32,000 nt of DNA from an uncultured Opitutales bacterium (lineage in GTDB: Bacteria; Verrucomicrobiota; Verrucomicrobiia; Opitutales; Intestinicryptomonadaceae). A model generated the notes under the pieces. That model was given only the letters and a program-made list of their open reading frames with translations. It had not been told where the DNA came from and did no database searches. The position numbers and the translations under genes are program-made. Positions within the stretch are counted from its first letter, which is position 1. Each line of letters starts with the position of its first letter. Below, in pieces: positions 17,135 to 25,317 of this stretch. The stretch lies in the NCBI GenBank assembly GCA_934613415.1, contig CAKTSY010000002.1, forward strand, positions 210,001 to 242,000, in the 5' to 3' direction.

Positions 17135-17154
17135 ATTCCGCACATGTGCGGAAT
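17135..17154. terminator. Perfect 20-nt palindrome ATTCCGCACATGTGCGGAAT between convergent genes; either a hairpin terminator or a protein-binding site
   Basis: Read directly. It lies between the stop of the DUF6088-like gene (17060) and the stop of the integrase gene (17170). No strong T-run follows it. Confidence 0.4.
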
Positions 17155-17169
17155 TTGGAATGCCCGCTG

Positions 17170-18441
17170 TTATTCTTCTGGCAGAATATCAAAATATTTT
17201 ATGGCGTCTTTTTCGCGGGCAAGGCCGTTGTAGTGCTGTTTTAGGACATCTACGGCGTGTCCCATTTGCTCGGCGGTTAGGTATGCGTTCTTTGTCAGCG
17301 CAAGGTAGTATGTCGCCGCTGAATGGCGCAGTCCGTTCTTTATCCAGTTGCCTTTGCCGAGGCTCTCGTGAAGCTTTTTTAGCACTGGAACTTTTCGCCT
17401 TGTAAGGATCTTTTTCTTTGTGCCGAGATCCCAGACGTACGGTTCGAGCCATTTCGCCAAGTTTTCAGGAATCTTTACGATTCTGCGCGATGCCGTTTTT
17501 GTTATTTCGCTGTCGAGTATGATTTCTCGGTCGTCGAGCCTTATTTTGTCCCAAGTCAGCCTTTTTAGCTCGGCGTTGCGTATTCCTGTAAAGGCGGCGA
17601 TGGCCGTAAATGCGCGGATTTCGCTTTGCGGCGGCGTGGAGTTTAGAATTTTTCGCACCTCGTCGGGCGTGAATATTTGGGGCGTTCTGCCCCTTGCTCG
17701 CCAGCTTTCCACTTTCTCAACGGGGTTGACGTCGAGCCAGTCCTGCATCTTGCAAAATTTGAAGAAGGAATAGAGCGTGCGCCTGTATTCGTTTCTCGAG
17801 TAAATCCCCAAGTCTTTCTGCGTTTCCTTGAAAACCTTCATGGGGCGTCCGTCAACTGTCAGCGTGTCGCTGTCGTCGTATTCGCGCTTTTTGAGGTTTA
17901 TGAGCCATTGGAAGATTTCCCTGCCAGTTATGAGCGAGACTATTCTCTCCTTGCCGAAATCGCCCATGAAGCGGGCAAGAGTGCGCTCGACCCCTGTGAC
18001 ATACTCGCTCGACAGCTCCTTTTTCAAGAGCGTATAGCAGTATTTGTCGATGGCGAAGTCCAACCTTGCGGAGCGTTCCTTTAGCTTTGCGAGCGATTTG
18101 TACTCCTCTATGGCTTGGCTTAGGCTGATTCCGAGCGACTGCAAATCATTCGTAAGCTTCACGTAGGTGAGGACGGCGTTTGTAAGCGACACCCGCAAAG
18201 GGGAAAGCAGCATCTTTGCCTCGACCAGTTCGCGCCTGTCGTTTGGCGAAATCCTGTCGGCTTCGACGCCGAGCTTTTCGTCGTAAACATTTTTCTCACG
18301 GAAAAATTCGAGGGCTTCGGCTTCGGTTGAAAACCTGCGCGCCCATCGTTTTTGCTTTTCTGTGTCGAAATAGTAAACGACCCAGCGCTCGCGGTTTTTC
18401 TCTGCAACTTTTTTTGGAAAGGAAGGTGATCTATTCTTCAT
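17170..18441 (-). CDS. int: Tyrosine site-specific recombinase (integrase)
   Basis: The C-terminal catalytic residues are recognisable: GIRNAELKRL (Arg), GLRHSAATYY (His-x-x-Arg) and GHAVDVLKQHY (His...Tyr). The gene is 100 nt from the right junction. Confidence 0.9.
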   Translation of the reverse strand: MKNRSPSFPKKVAEKNRERWVVYYFDTEKQKRWARRFSTEAEALEFFREKNVYDEKLGVEADRISPNDRRELVEAKMLLSPLRVSLTNAVLTYVKLTNDLQSLGISLSQAIEEYKSLAKLKERSARLDFAIDKYCYTLLKKELSSEYVTGVERTLARFMGDFGKERIVSLITGREIFQWLINLKKREYDDSDTLTVDGRPMKVFKETQKDLGIYSRNEYRRTLYSFFKFCKMQDWLDVNPVEKVESWRARGRTPQIFTPDEVRKILNSTPPQSEIRAFTAIAAFTGIRNAELKRLTWDKIRLDDREIILDSEITKTASRRIVKIPENLAKWLEPYVWDLGTKKKILTRRKVPVLKKLHESLGKGNWIKNGLRHSAATYYLALTKNAYLTAEQMGHAVDVLKQHYNGLAREKDAIKYFDILPEE

Positions 18442-18540
18442 GCAAAATCCTTTCCTGTCAAAAATGCGAAATGGTAAGGGATTGCCTTACCGCTGCGAAA
18501 AAATCGCGCAAGTTGCTCGTAATTACATATGTTCTATTAG

Positions 18541-18581
18541 TTCCTAAACGCCAAATCCGTGTTCGATTCACGGTGGGGGCG
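18541..18581 (+). pseudogene. 3' half of the tRNA-Arg(CCU) gene, from anticodon loop to discriminator; putative attR
   Basis: TTCCTAA-ACGCC-AAAT-CCGTG-TTCGATT-CACGG-TGGGGGC-G. Together with the next 17 nt it is identical to the island-borne copy: 18541-18598 equals the reverse complement of 13199-13256. Confidence 0.8.
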
Positions 18582-18603
18582 CGGATAAGTTTTTCTTGTT
18601 ATT

Positions 18604-18981
18604 ATGAAGCGATTTAAAAATATGTCGTCTTCCAAATTATGTGCTTTAATAGAAGAGTCGCCCGAATACGAATCGGTTTTCGATGAGCACAAGATTTGGA
18701 AACATTTTGACGCTATGTCGTGGACAGCTCTTTTGCAATTTAAGCCCGAGCTTTCCGACAGGTGCGACAAATATGACGGATGGAAAGATTTTGACGACGA
18801 AAATTGGGCGGAACTTCTCGCAGATCAACCGCTTTTTGAAGCAAAGTGCACGCAACTAAACGCTTGGAAGAAACTCGACGTATATGATTGGCTTCATCTC
18901 GGGTGTTATCAATCTGAAATATTGGATAGACACAACCCAAATTTTGAAGAGCAATACGAAGCTGAAATGGGAGAAGCGTAG
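18604..18981 (+). CDS. Hypothetical acidic protein with ~27-aa W-x2-LL repeats
   Basis: ORF-track entry. Internal repeats: SWTALLQFKPELSDRCDKYDGWKDFDDE / NWAELLADQPLFEAKCTQLNAWKKLDVY / DWLHLGCYQSEILDRH. Confidence 0.55.
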   Translation: MKRFKNMSSSKLCALIEESPEYESVFDEHKIWKHFDAMSWTALLQFKPELSDRCDKYDGWKDFDDENWAELLADQPLFEAKCTQLNAWKKLDVYDWLHLGCYQSEILDRHNPNFEEQYEAEMGEA

Positions 18982-19147
18982 TTTCGAATTGATATTTCTT
19001 CTTAATGCAAAAATAGTTTTGCAAACTTTAATTTGTTCTGCGTTGATAGAAAGCAATGTTGCTATGCTATGCCGTTGGCTGGTGCTTTTTGCATAAGGTT
19101 AAGTTTTTTTTGATAAAATAGTACTTGATTAATTTTTGTATAATAAA

Positions 19148-20365
19148 ATGGGTATATCGAAATATAGAAATAGAAAATGTATTGACGAACTTTTTACGGT
19201 GGAAGAGTTTAAGCTTGCAAACGAAATTCGCCTTACATACGACTGCGGTTATTGCCCTGTAGCTTTAAAAGACACTACGCAAATAAAAGGGTGGTGTAGT
19301 TGCGGAATAGAAAAAACACGCCATATGACATTGCGTTTTTATTACGCTACCCAAGTGTGGCAGGAAGCATTGCTTGTTTTTGCAAAAGAAGATATATACG
19401 ATTCTTGCTTTGGCAAACCCTACTGGAAAGACGAAGGCTGTGGGTTTAGGTTTGTGGAATTTGAACAAAGCAGCGACTCCCCTTTGGCGGCAAGAATTGC
19501 CAGATTTTGGAAGCTTTTAAAAGAAGTTGCCAATTCCAAAAAAATTTTTGTATACGAACAGACAATTCGCGAAAGCGAGACGTTGGAAGATGATTTTTGC
19601 GACAGAAACGAACAAATAAAGGTGACATATATTTTGGATAAAGATGATCTTTCTTGTTGGGCAGGCTACTCGCCTGATTTGTCGGGTTACAATTATTCCT
19701 CTGTCAGAAAATCGTATTCGTGGGACGAAATAAAAGATTTTTTTGTGGAAATTTCGCCCAGAATTTTGTCGTTGGTGCACTACAACAAAATGAATGTATA
19801 TAACCCAAACGACAGCGCTACAAAGGCTTTGCACAAAGCTTGCGAACAGCTAAACATAAGTGCTGTAAAACAGGCATTGGCCAACGGCGCAGACCCAAAT
19901 GGTTTTGACGAAGGCGGAGATACTCCGCTTGTGGCTTGTGTGGACGATTTTTATAGATACAATAAAGATGACTATAAACTTAAACCACCCGAAGAAATAA
20001 AACGCGATGTAGATTTGCGCATTTCAATTATGAAAGAGCTGCTAGATAACGGAGCAGACATAGATTTTTACGGGGTTGACTGCTTTAATGCCATAACTGA
20101 AACGTGTTATCCCCAAGCTTACGAAATTATGGAATTTTTGTTGGAAAACGGGGCCAACCCAAATCACAACTGCAGCATTATAGACGAGCCATATTCATGG
20201 TATATACAATCGAGCATACTTAGTATGGTTAATACTGATATTTCTTTTGAGGAAATGGAAGGAAACTCGGTTGACAACTTGCTTATAATGCAAAAATTGC
20301 TAATGAAGTACGGCGCAAAGTTTTATATAGACGACTTTGATCCAGACGAATATTTTAAAGACTAA
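19148..20365 (+). CDS. Ankyrin-repeat protein
   Basis: The C-terminal half has ankyrin-like units (ALHKACEQLNISAVKQALANGADPNGFDEGGDTPLVACV; IMKELLDNGADIDF; IMEFLLENGANPNH). The first ATG is at 19148; the track start at 19136 is a TTG. Confidence 0.75.
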   Translation: MGISKYRNRKCIDELFTVEEFKLANEIRLTYDCGYCPVALKDTTQIKGWCSCGIEKTRHMTLRFYYATQVWQEALLVFAKEDIYDSCFGKPYWKDEGCGFRFVEFEQSSDSPLAARIARFWKLLKEVANSKKIFVYEQTIRESETLEDDFCDRNEQIKVTYILDKDDLSCWAGYSPDLSGYNYSSVRKSYSWDEIKDFFVEISPRILSLVHYNKMNVYNPNDSATKALHKACEQLNISAVKQALANGADPNGFDEGGDTPLVACVDDFYRYNKDDYKLKPPEEIKRDVDLRISIMKELLDNGADIDFYGVDCFNAITETCYPQAYEIMEFLLENGANPNHNCSIIDEPYSWYIQSSILSMVNTDISFEEMEGNSVDNLLIMQKLLMKYGAKFYIDDFDPDEYFKD

Positions 20366-20400
20366 GCTACCTCGTATACATCGCAAATGTTGTAAGCAAC

Positions 20401-20436
20401 AAAAAACAGGCGGTTTAGTGTCGCCTGTTTTTTTTG
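20401..20436. terminator. Bidirectional rho-independent terminator
   Basis: aaaaaACAGGCGgtttagtgtCGCCTGTttttttt: a 7-bp GC-rich stem flanked by an A-run and a T-run, between convergent genes. Confidence 0.75.
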
Positions 20437-20439
20437 TCG

Positions 20440-21735
20440 TTAAAAATTCTTTTTTAGCGAAAAGTGTTTTGATTTTTCGGGTTTGGTGCGCGTGCCGCTA
20501 TGGGTGCCGTTTTGCCCAAAGTCGATTGAAGCCGCAGATGAAATATTGTTGTATAACACCATTACCCCCGCGGGCGGGCAAGTGTAGTCGCCTAGCCAAG
20601 CGCGTATTTGCACGGGGCATTTTATCCTTTTGGCTGCAAAAGTAGCATCAAAATACCTTATTTGTGGCGTCCATTGCGGTTTAAATTCGCAAGGCTGGCG
20701 CGCAGAATCGCAGTCGGACGCCCAAAGGTCGGTCATCCACGGAATGTCGGCGCAGCACAAGCTTACGTCTTTGTCGAGCGCCGCGACAAACAGTGCCTGA
20801 AAGCCGCCCATACTGCCTCCTTTAACCGTTAGGTCTTTGCCGTTCCATTCGGCTATATTTTTCTTGGCATATTCCAAAGCCCTAAGGTCGCGCATAACCA
20901 TAAATTTAAAATAGCAGTTTTCGGGATTTTTATTTTCGCTTGCGCTAAGCCCAAAGCCTTTTAGCTCGCCGTTTGCCTTTGCCTTGTAATAGGCGTCGTC
21001 TTTTAAGGCGTCGTACGAGTGGCGCAAAACAGAAAGCGTTATTGCATTTTCGCTAAACGTGGGGTTAATTCGGCTAACGCCATAACCGTGAAACAGTGCA
21101 ATTAAAGGCAAGGATTTTTGCTTTGCATTTTTTGGAATTGTTATAAACGCCTTTGCGGGTTTGCCAAGGCAGTCTATGTTAAGCAGGTAAGCTTCGAAGT
21201 TGCCTTTCGAAAATTCGGGCAATTTTTTTATTGTGTGCTTCGGTTCGATTTTTGACTGGGCTGCAAGTTGGCGCTGCCAAAATGCGTCGAAATCTTCGGG
21301 GGCCTTGCCCGAATTTTCAATCTTTTCTATTTCGGCACCGGCACCGCCTTGAAAGTCTACAGTTGTTGTATTTCCCCATTGCTTTATAAGCTTGCTGTCT
21401 ATTTTTTTGCCGTTGTCGTCTACCGCAAAAACCCTAACCCTTACAAAGCCAGGCTTATTGCATTTTGCGGTAAGCACAAGCGGCTTTTCGCCCGAAATAG
21501 CCGTGCCCGATTGCGGGGCTTGCCCGTCGTCGCCGCTAATATGCCATATAAGTTTTTGCCCTGTTTTAATTTTGTCGCCGTCGAAAAGCGATATGCTAAA
21601 AACCATTTCTTCGCCGCATTTATATGCAAGCGGGTTCTTGTCGGAATTGCCTACAAAATATAGCTGGGCAAAAAGTTGAGCCGAAAGGCAAAGTGCAGCA
21701 AATACTGCGAATATTGTTTTTGTGTTTCTTATCAT
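20440..21735 (-). CDS. Secreted alpha/beta hydrolase, acetyl xylan esterase (AXE1/CE7)-like
   Basis: It has an N-terminal signal-like sequence MIRNTKTIFAVFAALCLSAQLFA and a nucleophile elbow GGSMGG. LIALFHGYGV and the overall length are typical of the AXE1 family. Confidence 0.7.
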   Translation of the reverse strand: MIRNTKTIFAVFAALCLSAQLFAQLYFVGNSDKNPLAYKCGEEMVFSISLFDGDKIKTGQKLIWHISGDDGQAPQSGTAISGEKPLVLTAKCNKPGFVRVRVFAVDDNGKKIDSKLIKQWGNTTTVDFQGGAGAEIEKIENSGKAPEDFDAFWQRQLAAQSKIEPKHTIKKLPEFSKGNFEAYLLNIDCLGKPAKAFITIPKNAKQKSLPLIALFHGYGVSRINPTFSENAITLSVLRHSYDALKDDAYYKAKANGELKGFGLSASENKNPENCYFKFMVMRDLRALEYAKKNIAEWNGKDLTVKGGSMGGFQALFVAALDKDVSLCCADIPWMTDLWASDCDSARQPCEFKPQWTPQIRYFDATFAAKRIKCPVQIRAWLGDYTCPPAGVMVLYNNISSAASIDFGQNGTHSGTRTKPEKSKHFSLKKNF

Positions 21736-21765
21736 ATAATCTTTTTTGTGTTTAAGTTTTTTATT

Positions 21766-23544
21766 TTACAATTTTTTGTTTGCGTAAATTGTAAGGCGAA
21801 TATTTTTGTCGCCTATAATGTTTCGGGCAAATTTTATTGCGCGCGCCGCCGAAAGGGTTGGGTTATCCTCGTCGTTTTCAAAGATATTTTCGGCTCCAAT
21901 AAGCTGCAGGCCGCCCGAATTTTTAAACACGCGCATTGTGTCTTGCCTGGCCTCGCACAAAATAAGCCTGCGGCCAGATTCTTTCATTCGGCTTGCCAGC
22001 TCCTCTATGTCAAGCACGCTGGTTGCGTCTATATTGATTGCGTTGCGCAGCTTTATTATGAGGATTTTAAGGTTAGGGTCGGCGGCAATTCTTCTAAGCT
22101 GGTTTTGCACAACGTCGGAAGCCCCGAAAAACATGTTGCCTTCGACGTGAACTATTGAAATTTCGGGGGTGTTGCTGTCGTTGTGCTGCTTTATTGGGTC
22201 TAGCTCGCCGTTGTCGCCTATGGCATATTCAACAACCTCTGGCGCGCTTGCCTTTTTAAGGAACAGCAAGATGGAGGCGATAATCCCCGCATATATTGAA
22301 ATGTCTAAAGTAAAAATTACGCCCGAAAGAAATGTTATTAAAAACACAATGGCATCGGAATGCGTGCTTTTTAGCGCAACTTTTATTACGGCAGGTTTTA
22401 TTAAAGTTATGCTTGTATATACCACAACCAAGGCCAATGTAGCCTTTGGCACATACGAAATTGCCGAGCCGAACAAAAGCGTTGCAATTATTGTAAAAAT
22501 TGCGGTAAACAAATTGAACACCGTTGTTTTTGCTCCGCTATTTACAGCTAAAGTCGATCGCGTCATCGAGCCCGACGCCAGCGTAGACGAGCTTAGCGCG
22601 CAGGCAGCGTTCGAAATTCCCAAAGCGAACATCTGCTGGTTTGTGTCGAGCCTGTCGGCGCGTTGTGCCGCCAAACTCTTGCCTATCGAAAAGGCCTCGA
22701 TAACAACCAATATTGTTATAGCCAATGCAAAGTTTGCCGATTCTTTAATTCCCAAAACCGAAAAGTCGGGCGTTGTAAGCTGCCAAGACGACACGCTTAT
22801 TTTGCTAAGGCAATCTATTTTAGCTCCAAAATACTCTATTGCCACATACGAAATTACGCCAACTAATATAAGCGAAATTCCTTCGGCCGGCAGCTTTTTT
22901 GCATAGCGTTTAAGGGGTACAAAAATAAATATTGTAAGCAAAAGCATTGCCACCGAAGACGCCTTTGTGCCGCCAAGCGACGCAATGGTTACGTTTACAG
23001 TGTCTATAAGCGTAATAGGGTCGCAGCCTTCTGGGTAGGAAAAGCCGAACATATTGCCCATTTGGTTTGCCACAATAAGCAGTGCCGATGCCGTTACATA
23101 GCCTATAATTACCGTTCTAGATATGTACGAAATTACGAATGTAAGCTTAAATACGCTAATAAGAACCATCATTGCCGCCACCATTAAAAGAATGTTTGGC
23201 AACGCCGCCACTTTTGCGGCTTCGCTTGTAAGCGAGCCTGCCGCGAACGCGCTTAAAAGCATAACCGCCGAAGCGTTGCTAGGCCCGAAAGTAAGGTAAA
23301 CCGAGTTGCAGAAAATAAGCCCTATAATAGAGGCGGCAATGCCGCCGAAAATGCCGTACGAAAGCGGAAGCCCCGCTACCAGCGCATACGCCATATTTAC
23401 GGGGAAAGACAGCACCGCCACATTAAAGCCCGACCGCATATCGCACAAAAACGACTCTTTACTATAGCCCTTTAGCTGCTCTGCCAAAGGAAAGAGGTTT
23501 ACCGAATTCCAGTTGTTTACATACGACTTAAATCTAAATTTCAT
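21766..23544 (-). CDS. SulP-family anion transporter with a C-terminal STAS domain
   Basis: GFNVAVLSFPVNMAYALVAGLPLSYGIFGG and many TM segments. The C-terminal soluble domain (IVHVEGNMFFGASD...LKILIIKLRNAINIDATSV) is STAS-like. Confidence 0.88.
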   Translation of the reverse strand: MKFRFKSYVNNWNSVNLFPLAEQLKGYSKESFLCDMRSGFNVAVLSFPVNMAYALVAGLPLSYGIFGGIAASIIGLIFCNSVYLTFGPSNASAVMLLSAFAAGSLTSEAAKVAALPNILLMVAAMMVLISVFKLTFVISYISRTVIIGYVTASALLIVANQMGNMFGFSYPEGCDPITLIDTVNVTIASLGGTKASSVAMLLLTIFIFVPLKRYAKKLPAEGISLILVGVISYVAIEYFGAKIDCLSKISVSSWQLTTPDFSVLGIKESANFALAITILVVIEAFSIGKSLAAQRADRLDTNQQMFALGISNAACALSSSTLASGSMTRSTLAVNSGAKTTVFNLFTAIFTIIATLLFGSAISYVPKATLALVVVYTSITLIKPAVIKVALKSTHSDAIVFLITFLSGVIFTLDISIYAGIIASILLFLKKASAPEVVEYAIGDNGELDPIKQHNDSNTPEISIVHVEGNMFFGASDVVQNQLRRIAADPNLKILIIKLRNAINIDATSVLDIEELASRMKESGRRLILCEARQDTMRVFKNSGGLQLIGAENIFENDEDNPTLSAARAIKFARNIIGDKNIRLTIYANKKL

Positions 23545-23691
23545 AACGCGCGCGGCAAAAGTGGTTTTGTTCGAAGCTAGCCATTAAGACCGATAGTACA
23601 CATTGCCAGCCTTTGCGGTCAAGCCGTATTTTGAATTTGTGCTGCACTGTAGCGCCGATTGCTTGTGCGCTCACAAGCTGTGCGCAAAAAC

Positions 23692-23727
23692 AAAAAATGC
23701 GTTAAGAAAACTTAACGCATTTTTTTT
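23692..23727. terminator. Hairpin terminator downstream of tRNA-Gly, flanked by an A-run and a T-run
   Basis: aaaaaATGCGTTAAGaaaaCTTAACGCATttttttt: a 10-bp stem. A second hairpin, GCTTGTGcgctCACAAGC, lies at 23661-23678. Confidence 0.6.
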
Positions 23728-23732
23728 GAAAG

Positions 23733-23809
23733 TGGAGCGGGCAATGAGTCTCGAACTCACAACCTCGACCTTGGCAAGGTCGCGCTCTAGCCAATTGAGC
23801 TATGCCCGC
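23733..23809 (-). tRNA. tRNA-Gly, anticodon GCC, CCA encoded
   Basis: Reverse complement: GCGGGCA-TA-GCTC-AATTGGCTA-GAGC-G-CGACC-TTGCCAA-GGTCG-AGGTT-GTGAG-TTCGAGA-CTCAT-TGCCCGC-T-CCA. Confidence 0.9.
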
Positions 23810-23843
23810 AGGTGAAGTAAATTATTCGCCCAATACTGCATAT

Positions 23844-24710
23844 TTATTTTATCGTGTCAAGCTCGAAAATGAAATTTTTTCGGAAATTTTCGGGCACGGG
23901 GTAAAAGCCGTTCCTATCTATCTCTTTTGCAGTGCTATCGTTAAGCAATGCTTTGGCAAATGCCTTAACTTTTTTTGCATTTTTTGGTTTGAATGCAATG
24001 TAAAACGGCAAATTCATAACGTAGTCGTTATTGTGCATGCTTTCGCACGAGGGCAAAACCGAATACAACTTGCCGCCGTCGGCATTTGTTGCAGAAACGG
24101 GAATTGTTTTTGTGCCTTCCATAGGTTTGCCTACAATGGCTATTGTGGAATTGTTGTTTTCGACAAACCTTTTAAGGTCGGATTTGTTGTCGATAATATT
24201 TACCCATTCGCCCAAGTTAAAGCCGGCAAACGCCTTGTTTTTGAAAAGTTCAACAACTAAGTTGTCGTGCAGCCCCGTTGTTGCCGCTTGTATAGAGTGC
24301 ATATTCTTTATGCCCATATTTTGCCACTGGTCGGCCTTTTGTTTGCTGCTTTTGCAGAATATGGATTTTAGCTGTTCCATTGAAATTTCCCTGAGCGAGT
24401 TTACGGGGTTTACAATCACAACCGCGCCCTGATAGCAAAGGGGAATAAGCTTTATGCCGTCTAGCGAGCTTTCGGTGCCGCGTATTACGGCAACAACCGC
24501 CATATCTATTTTGTCGCTTTTAAGCTCTTTAATTGCCGACATGGACCCCATCATATCAATCTTTAGCGATATGTTGTCGGTTTTTGCAACTTCCTGCAAC
24601 GGTGCTTGCACCGAAGCTGCCAGCAAGTCGGAGCCGCCAATGCTAACGCTCTCGGCCGAAAGCGTTAAAGTTGCAAAAAGGTATAAAAATGCGGTTAAAT
24701 AAATTCTCAT
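23844..24710 (-). CDS. PstS-like periplasmic substrate-binding protein (PBP_like_2 type)
   Basis: It has a signal peptide MRIYLTAFLYLFATLTLSA. VSIGGSDLLA...MMGSMSAIKELKSDKIDMAVVA resembles phosphate-binding-protein-like domains. No pstCAB genes are adjacent. Confidence 0.6.
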   Translation of the reverse strand: MRIYLTAFLYLFATLTLSAESVSIGGSDLLAASVQAPLQEVAKTDNISLKIDMMGSMSAIKELKSDKIDMAVVAVIRGTESSLDGIKLIPLCYQGAVVIVNPVNSLREISMEQLKSIFCKSSKQKADQWQNMGIKNMHSIQAATTGLHDNLVVELFKNKAFAGFNLGEWVNIIDNKSDLKRFVENNNSTIAIVGKPMEGTKTIPVSATNADGGKLYSVLPSCESMHNNDYVMNLPFYIAFKPKNAKKVKAFAKALLNDSTAKEIDRNGFYPVPENFRKNFIFELDTIK

Positions 24711-24864
24711 AACCCGAACAATATTCTATATTAAAGCAAAAGTTCAAGTTTTTTATGGCTTTACTGCAATTTGCCAACGGCGGGTTTTATTGCTTGCAAA
24801 ATTGCAAAATTTACCCAAGTATTGGGAATGTATTTACCATACAAAGATTGTTAGACAACAGATT

Positions 24865-25317
24865 ATGAACGATAAAACCCTTGAATTAGTATGCGCGCAA
24901 TTTGCACAAAAGCGCGAATATCTGGTTCCGGCATTGCAAATGGTTCAGGAAAAAGACGGGTATATTTCGTCCGAAGCCGTAGAATGCCTTGCAAAGCATT
25001 TCGGAATCTCCAAAAGCGACATTTATTCGGTGGCGAGTTTTTACGCCCAATTTAAATTTGTAAAACCCGGCAAGCACGTTGTTAAGGTTTGCAGGGGCAC
25101 TGCCTGCCACGTTAAGGGTTCGGCAAATCTATTGGCTGCAATAGAGCAAAGATTGGGCATAAAAGAGGGCGAAACCACACCCGACGGGCTTGTTTCTATA
25201 GAGCGCGTTGCGTGTTTGGGCGCGTGTGCGCTTGCCCCTGCCATTGTTATAGACAACCAAGTTTACGCAAGGGTAACCTTGCCGCAGCTTGAAAAGCTTT
25301 TGGGAGAGTTAAAATAA
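24865..25317 (+). CDS. nuoE: NuoE/HydC-like [2Fe-2S] thioredoxin-fold subunit
   Basis: SVASFYAQF...VCRGTACHVKG...RVACLGACALAP gives the four-Cys NuoE signature. The preferred start is MNDKTLE at 24865. Confidence 0.85.
   Translation: MNDKTLELVCAQFAQKREYLVPALQMVQEKDGYISSEAVECLAKHFGISKSDIYSVASFYAQFKFVKPGKHVVKVCRGTACHVKGSANLLAAIEQRLGIKEGETTPDGLVSIERVACLGACALAPAIVIDNQVYARVTLPQLEKLLGELK

Larger units (their letters stand above)
1482..18540. mobile_element. Integrated genomic island of ~17 kb inserted in the anticodon loop of tRNA-Arg(CCU)
   Basis: It is bounded by the two tRNA halves, each carrying the 7-bp TTCCTAA. A tyrosine integrase gene sits 100 nt from the right junction. An Xis-like HTH and replication-type genes are adjacent. 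The cargo is an R-M system plus AT-rich genes. An 11-mer ATAT[G/A]TTCTAT is present just inside both junctions. Confidence 0.7.

Noticed and set aside
17073-18084. Plus-strand ORFs antisense to the integrase: 17073..17405, 17420..17773, 17677..18084 and 18216..18617.
   Set aside because: They are shadow ORFs opposite a gene with clear tyrosine-recombinase catalytic motifs.
21806-22906. Plus-strand ORFs of 114 and 245 aa inside the SulP gene.
   Set aside because: They are antisense to a strongly supported transporter and have no motifs.
23603-24260. ORFs 23603..23815 (+) and 23802..24260 (+).
   Set aside because: The first runs through the terminator hairpins and the tRNA-Gly gene. The second is antisense to the PstS-like gene.
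24760-24830. TTGCAAAATTGCAAAAT-like repeats upstream of nuoE, considered as a possible Rex-type redox-repressor operator.
   Set aside because: They do not match the TTGTGAA-N4-TTCACAA-type consensus I remember, and they form only a weak direct repeat. The support is insufficient.
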